Counted from the stretch's first letter, positions 26,741-41,596 are shown. The stretch: 64,000 nt of DNA from Neodothiora populina (GCF_041146345.1 NW_027191413.1:744001-808000), one strand, 5' to 3'. Notes: a model not told the origin generated them from the letters alone. Numbers and translations are program-made.

Positions 26741-28777
26741 ACTGCACCTCATCCAACTGTGTGCCACGAACGCGCCCCCGCCCCTGCTCGATGCAGGACT
26801 TACGATGTGTATCAACAATCAAGCGACTTCAATTCTCGCACATAGCTTATCGCTACATTTTACTTCTTTTCACAACTTACAAAAAGTTTCCCGGCCCTGG
26901 AATTCACATGGCTGGGTGTTCTTCAAAATAGCTTCATGGCCCGAATGAACATGACATGCATGGCGGGCTCTATCGTTTCAGAAAATGGGGAATTACTGGC
27001 GTTATTGTTACACGGAAAGGTGAACATAAAGAAAACAAAACATAGATTTCTGGGGAGTGGGCAAAAAAGAATCGGATGGCAATGAAGTCATGAGCCTTTT
27101 CTTTTACTGTTAATTGCTTTTCAAAACATCTGAATGCTGCATCTGCTGGCGTCTTTTGTTTTGTTCGATCCTTCGTCATCTGCTTCTATACTTGCAAACC
27201 CGCTCCTTCACAGGTGTGCAAGTAAGTCTAGCAGGGCTTCATATACAATTCTAGCCGAACACTGCGTCTAATTTCTCAGTCAGCACTAGACTGAGAACAT
27301 GAATTGTCAAATCATTAGACGCGCGTTTGTGCTTTCAAGATGAGTTTTTCGGCCAACAGCTCGACCGCATTGAAGATGAGAATTTTGCTAGATATGTAGA
27401 TAGCTCAACAAGTCCAAAACCAATATTGAAGTTCAATTCATCTCATCTCGACACACGTATTCTCCTGCTCTGATGTAAAGCATGACCTAATGATATCGGC
27501 ACATTGAACGTTGATGTGGTTGAGTTCTGTTCCGGGAGGCATTTTGTGGTAGTTCTGACTCGAATGCACTGAATGAGGACGTGATCATGTAATTACCTTA
27601 TATTTCACAATACCCAAGGACATCCCGTACGAAGCCCAAGATGGGATCGAAGGTACCCGCCCAAAATGCATAGGGGCGTGCGCGCGGACATGCATGAGGT
27701 ACCTTACCATGTACGGTACATGCATCGAAACGTCCCTTACAAAGCTTGTCTTGAACCACCTTCCTTGCATCTTTATCGAAACTACCGAACAAGGAACCTG
27801 CCGTCAACAATACTTGTTCACAGGAAAAAAAAACCTTTCTTCGTTGATTTCACGACATCGGATTTACCATTTTGTCAAGCAGACCAGATACTTGCCGCAG
27901 GGCACAAAAAGGGTATCATACAGCCTATACATGCCATGCCATCAATTTTCAGTGCCCGATGGGCTGACCTTTACCTACGACAAGCCTACACCTCTCTTTC
28001 TGGCCTTTTGAATCTCCCGCACTTGGTGTTGATGGTACCCGACCGAAGTCTGACAGACTGGGGAAACCAGCAGGTATTTTGGCAACTTACAAGATCTTAG
28101 CGGAGTGGATGTTCCTGAACATCCGCGATTTTCGCTCATTTTCGTCATATGCCTGCATAGTGTGAGTGCTGAGATGAGGTATAGGGGGATACCCCATAAA
28201 CGCCGCTGGTTGTAGCTGCAACGAACTCATACACGGCCAATTGCGGCTTGCAACGAGCTTATAGGTAAGTGGCTGTGTTCTACAAATAGAGCCACAGCCA
28301 ATCGCAAGGAAGGTAAGTCTAATATAGGCATGAGAAAAGTCGTTCATCGCGAGTCACCGAAAAGATGTACTTTTCTCTGGACGCATATATGCCTTCTCTT
28401 CTCTTCTCTCTTCTCTTCTCCCATCTCTCATCTCATCATCCATCAAGGCATACTTGAACTTCATTCGATTGCATCCAAACAGCCAAGAACAGCATATCTT
28501 GATCTCTACTCGCACTCCCACGTCTTCGCTTCGAAAGGGTGATACCACTTGGTCTCATTGTGATTACAGAACACTTTGCATCAGACAATTCAAACAAGAG
28601 CCTCAGTCGAATTGACAAGAATCAACGACTATATTCTGGACATCAATCAGAGAATCAAGTCTGTCTCACTCAGCAAGCGCAAGATAAGAGGGCAAGGCCG
28701 TGTACTAGATCCAAGGGAGCAACAACGGCCGGCACAAGCACAAGCATCAAAATTCAAGTTCGAGGTCAAAAACCAAA

Positions 28778-30163
28778 ATGCCATCTCAATCAAACACTCG
28801 CCCTTCTGCCATCAGAAGCATGGCACCACCAGCAGCATCATCAAATGCTATGAACCACGCATGGCTGCCGCAAGATGCCATGCAACAACTGCGTCAAAGA
28901 CAAGCACAAATCGCTACTCAAGAAATGTCAAACTCCCGCCTCATCAACAATGACGGAGTGATGACAACAGCGCCATCAGCAGCTGCTACAAATCAATCAT
29001 GTCTATCACACAATGCTACGCTGCAACAGCGCCGAATACAAGCACAAATCAACATGCAACACATGCCAGCGACTCGCCCATCTGCCAACAGAAGAGTGGC
29101 AGCCTTGTTAGCAGCAGCATCAGCATCGGCAGATGCTACAAGTCAAGCAAGCCTGCTACGCAATGCCACGCTCCAAGAGCGACAACGACAAGCCCGCATC
29201 GTTCGTGCCGCAACCAAAAGAACATGGCAGCCAAAGAGTGGCGACTTAACCACTCTTGCCTCAACGCGAGCAAGAGCCTCTGGAGGGCTAGACAGAGCAC
29301 ACTCATCAGCATTACTCCCTGCTGCTCCTCTGCCCTCCAGTCCTCCTCCTCGTTATTCTCATTTTCCCAGCCAGGCCTCAGAGATCCAAGGACCTCGTCA
29401 AGTCAATCATGGCCTGGCAACATCATCAGCACGCGCCTTCGCTCAAGTCGGCGAAGAAGAACACACTGGAGGAAACGAAGACATCCTACCAGAATACACC
29501 ACCCATGACCCGAGAAATCCACCTCTCAATTGTCTAGTCTTCGTCTCTGGAACCAAGCCAGAATTTCGGGTGGCGATCAGATTGACCAACCGACCTGTCC
29601 TGCCCGCGTACAACGATACACGTCACGGCAGCAAGTCCACAACCACAACATCAACAGCTCCATATCGAGCTCAGACAACAACGCAAGGAGGACAAGGCGT
29701 GGAACAGGAAGGTCTAGGAGCTGCGATTTCATCCATCACCCTTCCAGCCTGCAAAGACCGTTCGATGACCAGCGCGGAGGCAAGACTATCATGCGGCTAT
29801 GAATTCGACGATCTCGTGGGGGAGATCCAGAAGATACTTCAAAAGCGCTTTGGCTCTCTGCTGAATGCCGCTGCTCCCACACCTACGTCCCAAGTACCAG
29901 ACAGAAAGGGAAGGATGACGGGCCTGATGAGCAAGAAGCGGCCGACGGAAAGGAAGAGGAAATTTGTCGCGCAGTGCGACATTCACGTGCGCTTTTATCA
30001 TCGCAGGAGCGACCGCTTTGTGAGCTCGGTTCTGACCGGCGACGGCGGCGGCAGCGGTGCCTGTGCCGTCAAGAAACTCGCACACGCGCTGGAGATGGGT
30101 GGCAGACTTCATGGTGGAATGGGCCTTGTTTGGCTCGAGGTCTTTTGGTGGTTGAAGGAGTAA
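28778..30163 (+). CDS. Hypothetical protein, 461 aa, low-complexity N-terminal half with PY motifs
   Basis: 1386-nt ORF with ATG. Q/A/S/T-rich, with PPPRY, LPEY and LPAY motifs. No family recognised. Confidence 0.6.
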   Translation: MPSQSNTRPSAIRSMAPPAASSNAMNHAWLPQDAMQQLRQRQAQIATQEMSNSRLINNDGVMTTAPSAAATNQSCLSHNATLQQRRIQAQINMQHMPATRPSANRRVAALLAAASASADATSQASLLRNATLQERQRQARIVRAATKRTWQPKSGDLTTLASTRARASGGLDRAHSSALLPAAPLPSSPPPRYSHFPSQASEIQGPRQVNHGLATSSARAFAQVGEEEHTGGNEDILPEYTTHDPRNPPLNCLVFVSGTKPEFRVAIRLTNRPVLPAYNDTRHGSKSTTTTSTAPYRAQTTTQGGQGVEQEGLGAAISSITLPACKDRSMTSAEARLSCGYEFDDLVGEIQKILQKRFGSLLNAAAPTPTSQVPDRKGRMTGLMSKKRPTERKRKFVAQCDIHVRFYHRRSDRFVSSVLTGDGGGSGACAVKKLAHALEMGGRLHGGMGLVWLEVFWWLKE

Positions 30164-30499
30164 AAGTTCAAAGTCAAAGACTTTGAGTACGGTGTTTTTG
30201 GATTGTAATGATACGACTTGTCCGATTGAGGGAGGCATTGATACTGAGTCGAATTCGGGAGCGACTGGAACGCTTGAGGGAGCACCAAACCCGAGGCGCT
30301 ATTATTGTGGTGGAATGTTACCTTTGTCCTTTTCATCATCATAGGACACTGATGACGGCCAAGGCCGTTTTGTAACATTAGATAGTCTGATCAAAATCAC
30401 AAAATGATCACCAAACAAATCACAATCAGCTCACGGAAAGAAGGAACGTTCGTGAGATTCACAACAAAATTCGTCATTCGAGTATGCCATTTGATGAAT

Positions 30500-31840
30500 C
30501 TATTTCAGACCCGCAAAATAGTATTGCTGCAGCGCTGTCGCAGCCATCGGGCAAGGGTACTTGAGATTCCTGCACTTCTCGATCGCATTTTCCTAAACAG
30601 TCATTAGCTTTTCTGCACTGCTGTCATTGGAACAAAAAAAAACTTAAAAAAAACTCACCAGTCTGGCAAGAACCGCTTGCGAGTCCTTGCACGCAGCTAC
30701 AGTCCACTCGTCGTTCTCCAACATCGCAGGGATATGATCAGTGAACATAGCGCAATTACCCGCCGCCTTGGAAATGATCTCGTACATCAACTTGCGGTCC
30801 ATCTCGAGATGCTTGCAGAACGCCATCGCCTCGACCGAAGCCGCGAGATGCGCGCCAGCCAGTAAATCATTGACAGTGTCCGCCGAAACCTGGTGATTCG
30901 AGCGCATCTTGACGTCTGCGCTGGTGCACTCTTTGACAGCCGACGCCGACGACGAAGCCATGTACATGGTGACGAGTTTTGCGTCGTCGTCGCGCAGAAG
31001 TCCGGCCTGCAGACCGCGGAGATAGAGCTGCTCGGCCTCGTTGACCATGGGTGTCGGGAACCAGCCTGCTCGCGCCGTCGCGGTGACGATTCCCGCGTCT
31101 TTGAGGATGATGCCTAGAGCGGAGAGCGGGGACCAGTCGTCTGCTAGCATGTGCACTGTGCGGTTCTCGAACATCCAGCTGTAGCCGTCGTGGGAGTTCA
31201 CGTGCTCGACGACTTTTTGCGTGTTTAGGCCTGCTGTGGCGGCTAGACCCATGGCTTCGGATGCGAGGATGATGTTGGTTGCAGCGAGGAGCTGGTGGAT
31301 CGTCTTGACTTTTGTGCCGCTGCTTATACCGCCGACGATGCGGTAGAGGTTGCCGCTCATGCACTCGAGGATCTCCTTTGCGTGGTCTAGATGGTCCTCT
31401 GGGCCAGACGAGAAGATGGACAGGGTTCCGTTGCCGGCGCGGATGGTGCCTCCAGATACGGGACAGTCGAGCAGACGGACGTCACTCCTGCCTGCATTAT
31501 CTAGCTTCTCTCGCAATTCATGAAGGTAGGCTGGGGGACAAGTCGAGAGGAGAATAACAGTCTTGTCTTTGGCCAGACCGGCAAGAGCGGCTTTGTCATC
31601 GCCTTCGAAGAGCGCAGATGTGGTCTGCGCGGCATTGGCCACCATGATGCATAGGAACTCGGCGTCTTTGGCTGTCTCTGCTGGAGTCGGGGCTGCCTTT
31701 CCCCCTGCTTCTACGAGCTTGTCCACAAGCGGTTGCGCGAGATCGTATCCTGTGACTGACCACCCGTTCTTGACCAGGTTGATGGCTACGCCGCCGCCCA
31801 TGGCACCGAGTCCGATGAAGCCTACTTTTTGAGATGGCAT
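30500..31840 (-). CDS. Beta-hydroxyacid dehydrogenase (3-hydroxyisobutyrate/L-threonate dehydrogenase-like), 2 exons
   Basis: Exons 31840-30659 and 30592-30500. Rossmann GFIGLGAMG, LDCPVSGG, catalytic Lys in KVKTIHQLL; second copy of the helical C-terminal domain. Confidence 0.88.
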
Positions 31841-32402
31841 GCTGACAGTTCAATAGTAACGCAGTTGCTAGGTATAATATTATCTGGTGACCAGGATTTG
31901 GTAGTCAGTCAACATTGGCGTCAAAGCACTGGTGAGGTATGTTACATACTTGGAGGAGTGTTACAATACGGAGGACTACGTAAATGTGAATATATTGGGG
32001 AGTAGCTGGTGACACAGAGGATTTGGCAAGCAAGCAGAACAAGTTTGCCAGCGCCGGGATAAAGAGTAGATCATAAACATCATCATCATCATGATATGTT
32101 CCCCTATATAGCTAAATAAAGGCAATGTACTACTGTCTGTTGCCCCACTATACGAATGGCATGTCCACATAAAGGTATCCACCGATAGCGGGGTGCGGCA
32201 AAACACTTCGGGGCAAAGAAGGCCCGGGTCTGGGGGACCTTGTGCCACCCCCCACATGCTGTGCTGCTAACAGCTCCCCCGTTATATTCGCTTCAAACAC
32301 CGATCATTGACGTGCTCGCCGCTCGGCTGCATCATAATCGGTTGTGGACATTCCCGCATACATTGCTCATATCGACAGATACTTTCTTCACAACTGGATC
32401 GT

Positions 32403-33487
32403 TCATTTGTTCTCATGTTCAGGGCCTGTCACGGCGACCATTCCGACGTCACTCTCGGCATCTGAGTGTCTCTTCTCGCTGACCTCACTGCCTGCGGGTC
32501 GCTTGAAGCAGTATCCCGGGTGGAAGATGTTGAAGAGAAGCACGGCGATTGCAATCATGCTGTCGGATACTGGTCAACTTTCGGTTCGAATATTCAGAGA
32601 CATGATCTAAAGGGGGGGAATACTCACACCGACTCGAGGACGATAAAGTCCGTTTCGTTACGCATAATCGAATTACCCCAACCACCCTGCAGCTCAGCGA
32701 TGCGATATGAGCATCTGATGAGGATGCATAGATACGAAACGATAGTAGCCCCGATGAACAATCTGAATTTCCTGCTCGCGCGTAGAGGAGCGGTTTTTGC
32801 CGGTAATTCGTGACGGTGCTTCCACATGCTGTAGAAGACATCTGCGGCCAGAACTGCGAAGATGACCAGGGTCACGACCTGGAATGAAAGACCGGCGATC
32901 AAAAGGTCTTCTCCTGACTTGAGTAGACTGTCGCCATCATCGGCGGCGGCGGATAGTGCGCCACCGGCTCCCTGCAGGATGATGGATAGTACATCACAAG
33001 AGATGAAGATGTAGGTGTACAACTTGGGCTTGAGACGCGAGTATTGCGGGCCAAAAGTGAGGCAGAATTGTTTGAGGAGCAGGTAGATACCGGCGGTGAA
33101 AAACGCAGGAGCAAAGGTGAGGAGAACAATGTTCAGCTTAAAGCCCACATCGGAGAATGGGTTTTCCGACAAGAGGATTCTTGCAATATATCCCACTGAT
33201 TCGAGGGCGGTGCCTAAGGTCGTTGCAGCTGTGAAGCCCCACCACCCTCTCCATCGAAATCCTTGATAGAAGAATATGGCGGATGAGATTGCGAAGTAGA
33301 CGACGAAGAAGATGTTGGCGCCTAAGTTTGGAGCATAGCCATCTACGATTTGTTAGCAGCTGTTGGTAGTTGCAGTTGGACATGACGTACAGATTGAATC
33401 ACTAGCAGGACAGGTAGCTTTGGTGCAGCCGTCGTTCTCGTCTGCTCGCTTGATGAGCGCCATTGAGGCATGCAGGACGTAGTCCAT
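32403..33487 (-). CDS. RTA1-like (Rsb1/Rta1 lipid-translocating exporter) membrane protein, 3 exons
   Basis: Exons 33487-33391, 33342-32628, 32559-32403. Motifs CP..YGYAPNLGAN, LESVGYIAR, APAFFTAGIYLLL, FISCDVLSIILQGAGG, IRCSYRIAEL, FHPG. Confidence 0.9.
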
Positions 33488-35077
33488 GCTGTCGTTACAC
33501 TTTTACAGTGAGGTCCGATATGGCAGCAGTGTATCCTGGTCGACTCTACACTTGGTACTAGACAAACGAGTAGGAAGGGGAGATATGTCTTGAAGTCGTT
33601 CAGGGAATACAGCCTCACAGCAGAAGGGCAGATCAACGACGATATGGAAGCAAGGAGTCGAGGTGATTGATGGGCAGGAACAGGAGAGAGGAAAATCAAC
33701 AATGCTAGATGACTGCTCATAAATCACCACACCTTTGCGAGTGGATCGAGTACTTATATCCAAACACCTTGTCCTAGAAGGATGCTCCAAAGCAACGGTC
33801 ATACGAATCACTTACTTAGCGGCGACTGCGCCCCTGCGACGTATTGTTGCAAAAAGTCATGATATATTTTGCCGTAACAGGTAATTAGTCCGCCGGGAGA
33901 CATTGAAGAATGTCAATAATTGTAGGGGATGTCCGATCTGATTCTGCTAGAAGAATCATCAAGGATCCCAGCAAGCAACGTGCGGACGGGGGCTAAGCGG
34001 AATAGAAGACAACGCTAGACCACGGGTCTCAACTCAACGTCAGTAAAGGTGTCGCATGTGTGGACGGCCTCACAAGCATTCACGCTCATTAGCGGAGGTT
34101 ACTGTAGTGTACTGTACAATAAAAAAAGCAACACCACGGGGATTGGGTTTTGATCAGAGGACGTGCGCCGTATAAAAGTCCACATGCGGTAAAGAGTGCG
34201 TCCTCTGCAGATCAGAGAAGGCCGAAGGACTGACGTACCGGTAGGCTACCACAATAAGCTCGACTATTTGGCGAAACGCTATACCGTCCGTGGCCCTGGT
34301 CGCAAAGAAAGCTTGGCTTCTTAAAGCCACAAAACATGACATGATCCTTCAGACTGCCATTCGAGCGATCTGAAGGTGAAGCGCTGACGACACGTTCAGG
34401 AACAAGTAACGTTATAGACCCAGGTGATCCTACGTCTGCATGTCACAGGGATCGTGGGAAATGGAGGCAGAGTCCAACGTGCTATCTCAGCTATATGCTT
34501 CGACACGTTCAGGCAACGATTATGAGTTACCATTTGAACCCATGCACGGGGCAGTGCACTGGTCGTAATCATTGCCAGTTCTGAACGAGTGAATTGCCAA
34601 CCTGGTATGAGCAACCGGCAGTGCTAAGTCGGTGCCTAGTGATAACGTGGGGGATCTCGTATCGTGGCGTTTCATATTCAGTTGAGTCAGCCATTGCCAT
34701 GGTCTGTAGTGAGGTACATCATGAATGCAATATGTAGTTCAGTACAACTACAAAGGAGTACGGTCTCTGGATTAGGAGCTGTGTTAACTCAGACCTCTTG
34801 GCTGCTCTACAATCTGGGTTCTAGGACGCTTGTGGTCAAGACTAGGACGCGTCCGCCTTGCGCTGTAGATATGTAGAGGAAGCAGACTTACCTACGGCAC
34901 ACACGAATGGACGTAGACGGCCCGCCTCATGAAAGCGCGCAATGCTAGCACCGTTCGTTGGATTCAGAATGTGGAGTATTTCATCAAACGTTTCATTTCT
35001 GATGGCGGAGCAATTAGCCAAACATGCTCGGGCCGCACGCAGCAATGGCCGTGTATATGCAGGCACCTATAAATACT

Positions 35078-36773
<1,696 letters not shown>

Positions 36774-37396
36774 TCACTACTCCCGAACTCCTGACAATCA
36801 ACGACTGATATAGCCGAACGCTACAATTAGAACAGTAAGAGAACTTTCAGGTAGGCAATGCAAACACAGTCTGGCGCAGCGGTCCAATAGCGAAAGGTGG
36901 GTCAGGTGGAAGGTGGCAGGGTCAGTAAGGTATTCAGCCGGTCTTGGCTATGGCGACTAGCGGGTAATAATGTTATCGACGATAAGTCAGAATGCGGGAT
37001 ATCAGTGCGAGGTGGGCGTGGAGTCGTGGCACCGCAAATGTTGGATGAGTGTGCCAGTCGAAGGAGAAGCTGGGATTGAGCGAGCACAGAGGATACAAAT
37101 AGTACGGAAGGATGGGTTTTAACTCTGTGAGCTGCATTCTGTATATCTTACCTAAGGTAAGGGAAGCAAATGGCATTCGTCCAAGGTATCGCGCCTCGGG
37201 AAACGGGGGAGCAGTCGGAGCCTCGGCTTGAGCATATGACTGCGGAGGTTGGGCACACTCGGACCGGCAGCTCGTGCTGCAAACAACACTCATATTGTAA
37301 TAATAGCAGAGCCAGAGTCAGAGTGGCGTTTGCGAACTCTCTGCGACTTTCGTGTCGTAGCGATTAGATTCGATCAGACGACGACTCCGCACGTCG

Positions 37397-38584
37397 CTAA
37401 AAGACGAGATCCCAAACCACCAGGAAGGCACAGAACGCGCATGTGCCATGAAACAACATCCTCGCCGTACTCGGTCTTTCGCTGGCTCTTTTCAATTCCT
37501 TGTTTCCCTTGCCTACGTTTTCCGTTGTCAAAAACGAGTCCTGAGTGAGCTGATCGATGTGCTCATTCTGCTGCTGGAGGTTAGACACCAGAGTCGACTG
37601 CAATTCAGATATCTCGATAAGTGATTTCTCAGCATTCCTGTAATGGAAAATAGTCGTTAGCTTGCAAGTCAACAAAGATACAGATATGGTCATAGACCAG
37701 CACGACTTGCCTGACTTGACTGAGTGTGTCTTCGTAATGCCTCAACATGTCATGGTTCTCTTGCGCGAACAGCTGCATTTGCTCTTCGCTCAGCTGTTGC
37801 TCGGGTGTCTCGTAGGCGGCATCTCGCTGTGCCAGAGTGTCGGCAGATATCGAGGACCTCGCTTGTTGCAGTGCACTGCCTCCTTTCGCTTTGTACAAGA
37901 CACTCTTGCTCTTTTCCACCTCTCGCTGTATCCTGATATCCATCATGGTGGCCTGTAGACTCCCAGCTTCTTGCAGTTTGGTCTGTAAAAACCAGATGAT
38001 GGCTTCCCGATGTGCCGCTAGCATCTTTTGCTGCGCCTTGACTTGGAGCTCCTCGTCCGTCTCAGGAACCACAACTCCACCTGCTGCCCATCTCCCTAGT
38101 GCGCCCATGCCCCCTCTCTGCGCGCGCTTCTTCATTGCGACATGCGAGGCTGTGTCCTGCCGAATTTGTTCGGTTTGAGCTATTCTTTCCACCGCCTGGC
38201 TCAGCTGCCTGATCACGGCCTTGGCCTCCGCATCAATCGCTGCACGTTCTGTGTCGGTGAGGTGTCTCTGAGGGCCATCCTTTTGCGAAGCCACACCAGG
38301 CTGGTGCCGTGTCTGACGGGCTGGTGGAGTAGTGGACAGGTACGATGGACGAATGGCGCGAAGGTACGAAGTGAGGTCTGCAATGCGTGCGTTCTGGAGC
38401 TCTTATCAGCCTGATGATGGAGAAGATAGGGATAAGGGGACGGAAAGCAATGCCTAAGTCATACAATATTGTAAGCCTCTTTCAAGAATTCATCCAGTCG
38501 ATCAATGGAGTAATGATGCGTTGTCAACGGAGGCGTATTGTGTTCACGCAACACAGAACTGAAAACAGGGGCCAGGTCTGTCAT
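37397..38584 (-). CDS. UFE1: ER t-SNARE syntaxin Ufe1/Syntaxin-18, 3 exons (second intron GC-AG)
   Basis: Exons 38584-38465, 38393-37711, 37637-37397. N-terminal MTDL...DEFLKEAY..YLRAIRPSYLS, SNARE motif AEKSLIEISELQSTLVSNLQQQNEHIDQL...NVGKGNKELKRA, C-terminal TM ending WDLVF. Confidence 0.88.
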
Positions 38585-39391
38585 GTTTTCGACGTTGATA
38601 TGGTATGTCTGGAGTTTGGTCACCGCACAAGGTCCAAGTTAAGGTCTCAGGTGACAGGCAGATGTAATGTATCTGGAGCATAAAACTCACGACGATCGGC
38701 CGATAATCCATGCATACCGCATACCTTAATGCTGGCTTCAGGTTGATCTGCCTATCGAAGCGTCTGACTCACAAATATGGGGTCGCATACTCAACACGAG
38801 TCATGGCAGAATGGCGTCAACTAGGTAAGGTATGCGTTGCCGGTCGCCACTTACACGTACTTGTACCTTACCTTACCTTAGCCGTGGATCTGACTTTTGA
38901 AGAACTCGAATAGGGTGGGACATATCAACAAAAAGCAACAGACCAGATCAATTGATTGATTTCTCGCTGCTGTCCATCATACAGCACCGGCTGGCCAGAA
39001 GCTGCGCGATGATAACATCAGTTTTGTCCTCCGAACACGGCATCGTACTCGCCCTTCGCCCTGTATAACGCTGCAGACGCCGAGACGGTACGCACGCTTT
39101 GGCCGAAGACGGCGGACACTCGCACCCCGGTCTTGACATCAAGCCAATCACAACAAGGCGTAATGCCAGGCTGATGCATCTTATTTCCGGCAACGCACCT
39201 GCCTGACTGTGTGTGCGCCTTCGGACCACCGACGATTGTGTAATAATGTTCAGAACGTTCACGATAGACTCGCTCGGTAGATCTATATAGTCGACATGGC
39301 CGCCTCCTTCGCTGCTACTGTATTTACCACAAGCTTCCTGCCTACCCAGCTCACTGTTTCATAATTGGGGCTTTTGGTTCATGTAGCGCCT

Positions 39392-41298
39392 ATGACATCC
39401 ACAACAACCACTGAACCACATAATGGAGAGAAGGCGGAGATCGCAGCAGGACCAGGCACCGAAGGAATAATCCTGGGACAGGATGATTGCCTGGGTAGCA
39501 GCCAGGCCAAGGTCGACTACCATGAGCAGGCTGAATCTCTACCACCAAGCGCTTCATCATCAACACATGTGGATGATGACCTCGACACCGAAGATGGCGA
39601 GGACCAGCAAGACCCGCCGAATGACCTCGAGGCAGTCACAAGCGTGGCCAGCAACCGACCTCCCTTCACTGTCTTCACTACTGGACAAAGGAGATTCATA
39701 GCACTCATGGCAGCTTGCGGCGGGTTCTTCTCCGCCGCCTCGGCCAATATTTACTTTCCAGCTCTGAATGCATTGACTGTCGAATTCGACAAGTCCTCTA
39801 CCCTTATCAACCTGTCCCTCACCACGTACATGCTCATGCAGGGCATCGCGCCCACCTTCATAGGTGACATGGCTGATATGCTCGGCCGCCGTCCGGCATA
39901 CATCACATGTTTTGTCATTTACATCGGCGCAAACATAGGTTTGGCGCTGTGCCAGAACTACGCTTCCCTGCTCGCTCTGAGAATGATGCAAGCTGCCGGT
40001 AGCTCTGCCACCATTGCGCTAGGAAGCGGCGTTGTTGCTGATATAGCCACGAGTGCGGAGCGAGGCAATTGGATGGTAATGAGCCCCTGTCATGTCCTCG
40101 GCTTCTATACCATACGGCTAACATTTGTAGGGTTGGGTTACTGCTGGTCCTATGGTTGCCCCCGCCCTAGCCCCAGTCCTGGGTGGTATCCTCGCTCAAT
40201 TCGCAGGCTGGCGATGGATCTTCTGGTTTCTAGTCATCCTGTCAGCATCCTATCTGATTGTTTTCGTTCTCGTCTTCCCCGAGACAGGACGCAATGTCGT
40301 GGGCAATGGCTCAGTCCCGCCACAGAGATGGAATGTCTCTCTAATCAGTTATCTCCACACCCGCCGAGCAGCAAGACAACAAGGCCTCACCCGCACAGTG
40401 ACTCGCGAGAGCAAGCGTGCGGAAAGGGAGGCTCTGGCCCGAGGCCGCAAACTCCACTTCCCTAACCCTCTCAATACCCTTCGCGTCATCGCAGAGAAAG
40501 ACGTCGCATTGCTCCTCTTCTTCAACAGTATAATCTATACAGCCTTCTATGACCTGACCGCAGCCACCCCAAGTGTCTTCGCCAGAATCTACGGCTTCAA
40601 CGACCTGCAGATCGGTCTCTGCTTCATCCCCTTCGGAGTAGGCTGTTTCCTCGCCCCCGTCACCTTCGGCAAACTCCTCGACTGGAACTTCCGCCGAGTC
40701 GCCAAACAAGCAGGCATGCCCGTCGACCGCAAACGCGCCATGGACCTCAAGGACTTCCCGCTGGAAAAGGCCCGGGTGCAAGTGACTTGGCCTCTAGTGC
40801 TCATCGGCGACGCGTGCATGCTCTGCTACGGCTGGGCGCTCGAGCAGAACCCCAATCTCGCCGCGCCCTTGGTGCTGCAATTCATCATGGGCTTGACGTT
40901 GACGGGCGCTTTCAACTGCAACAGTGTCATGCTGGTCGATCTGTATCCTCTGAGTCCCTCGACTGCCACCGCGGCGAATAATCTCGTGCGTTGCCTTATG
41001 GGCGCTGCGGGCACGGCGTTGATTCTCATCATGATAGATGCAATGGGGCTGGGGGTGGTGCTTCACCTTCATCGCTCTCGTCGTGCTGGCCTGCATGCCC
41101 ATTCTTTTCGTCCTGCAGAAATGGGGTGGTGGTTGGAGAGAAGCGAGAAGAGTGCGGCTAGAGTTGGCTCAGGCGAAAAAGAAGAAGATCGAGGACGAGG
41201 AAGACAGAGTCGCCATCGAGGCCGCTACTGCTGCTGCTGATGCACAGGAACCATCTCACGCTGCATTCTCACAAGAGAAGTCGAATAAGAAAAAATGA
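39392..41298 (+). CDS. MFS drug:H+ antiporter (DHA1, Qdr-like), apparently frameshifted near the 3' end
   Basis: Exons 39392-40075 and 40131-41298. Motifs SANIYFPAL, GDMADMLGRRP, GVVADIATSAERG, GWRWIFW, PET, AANNLVRC. One extra G in the run at 41051-41055 moves GWCFTFIALVV into another frame. Confidence 0.88.
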
Positions 41299-41307
41299 AA
41301 TTTTGTG

Positions 41308-41337
41308 TGTTTGTTTGTTTGTTTGTTTATTTGTTTG
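41308..41337. repeat. (TTTG)n microsatellite just after the MFS gene
   Basis: tgtttgtttgtttgtttgtttatttgtttg. Confidence 0.8.
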
Positions 41338-41596
41338 TATATATATGATACCACTCAACCTTGATTTTTCGTCGTTCATCATTCTCAGTCGTTGACTTCC
41401 CGTCTCAACATGCCCTTCAACTCTCCTAATACACCAGTAAAGTCTTACTGCTACAAATACAAGATCCGTATCCTCATGCGGATTATTGGTCGAGTTTTGA
41501 GTACAAGACCAGGCATGTTGTCCCGCTGCCGTAGTGGTTGCAGTCGGTAGGTACGACTTAGGGAGACCGACATCATCATGCCACAGATAGCCAAAT

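Noticed and set aside
26741..28777. Short ORFs (27666-28100 and others)
   Set aside because: No motifs or coding-like bias; likely UTR or intergenic.
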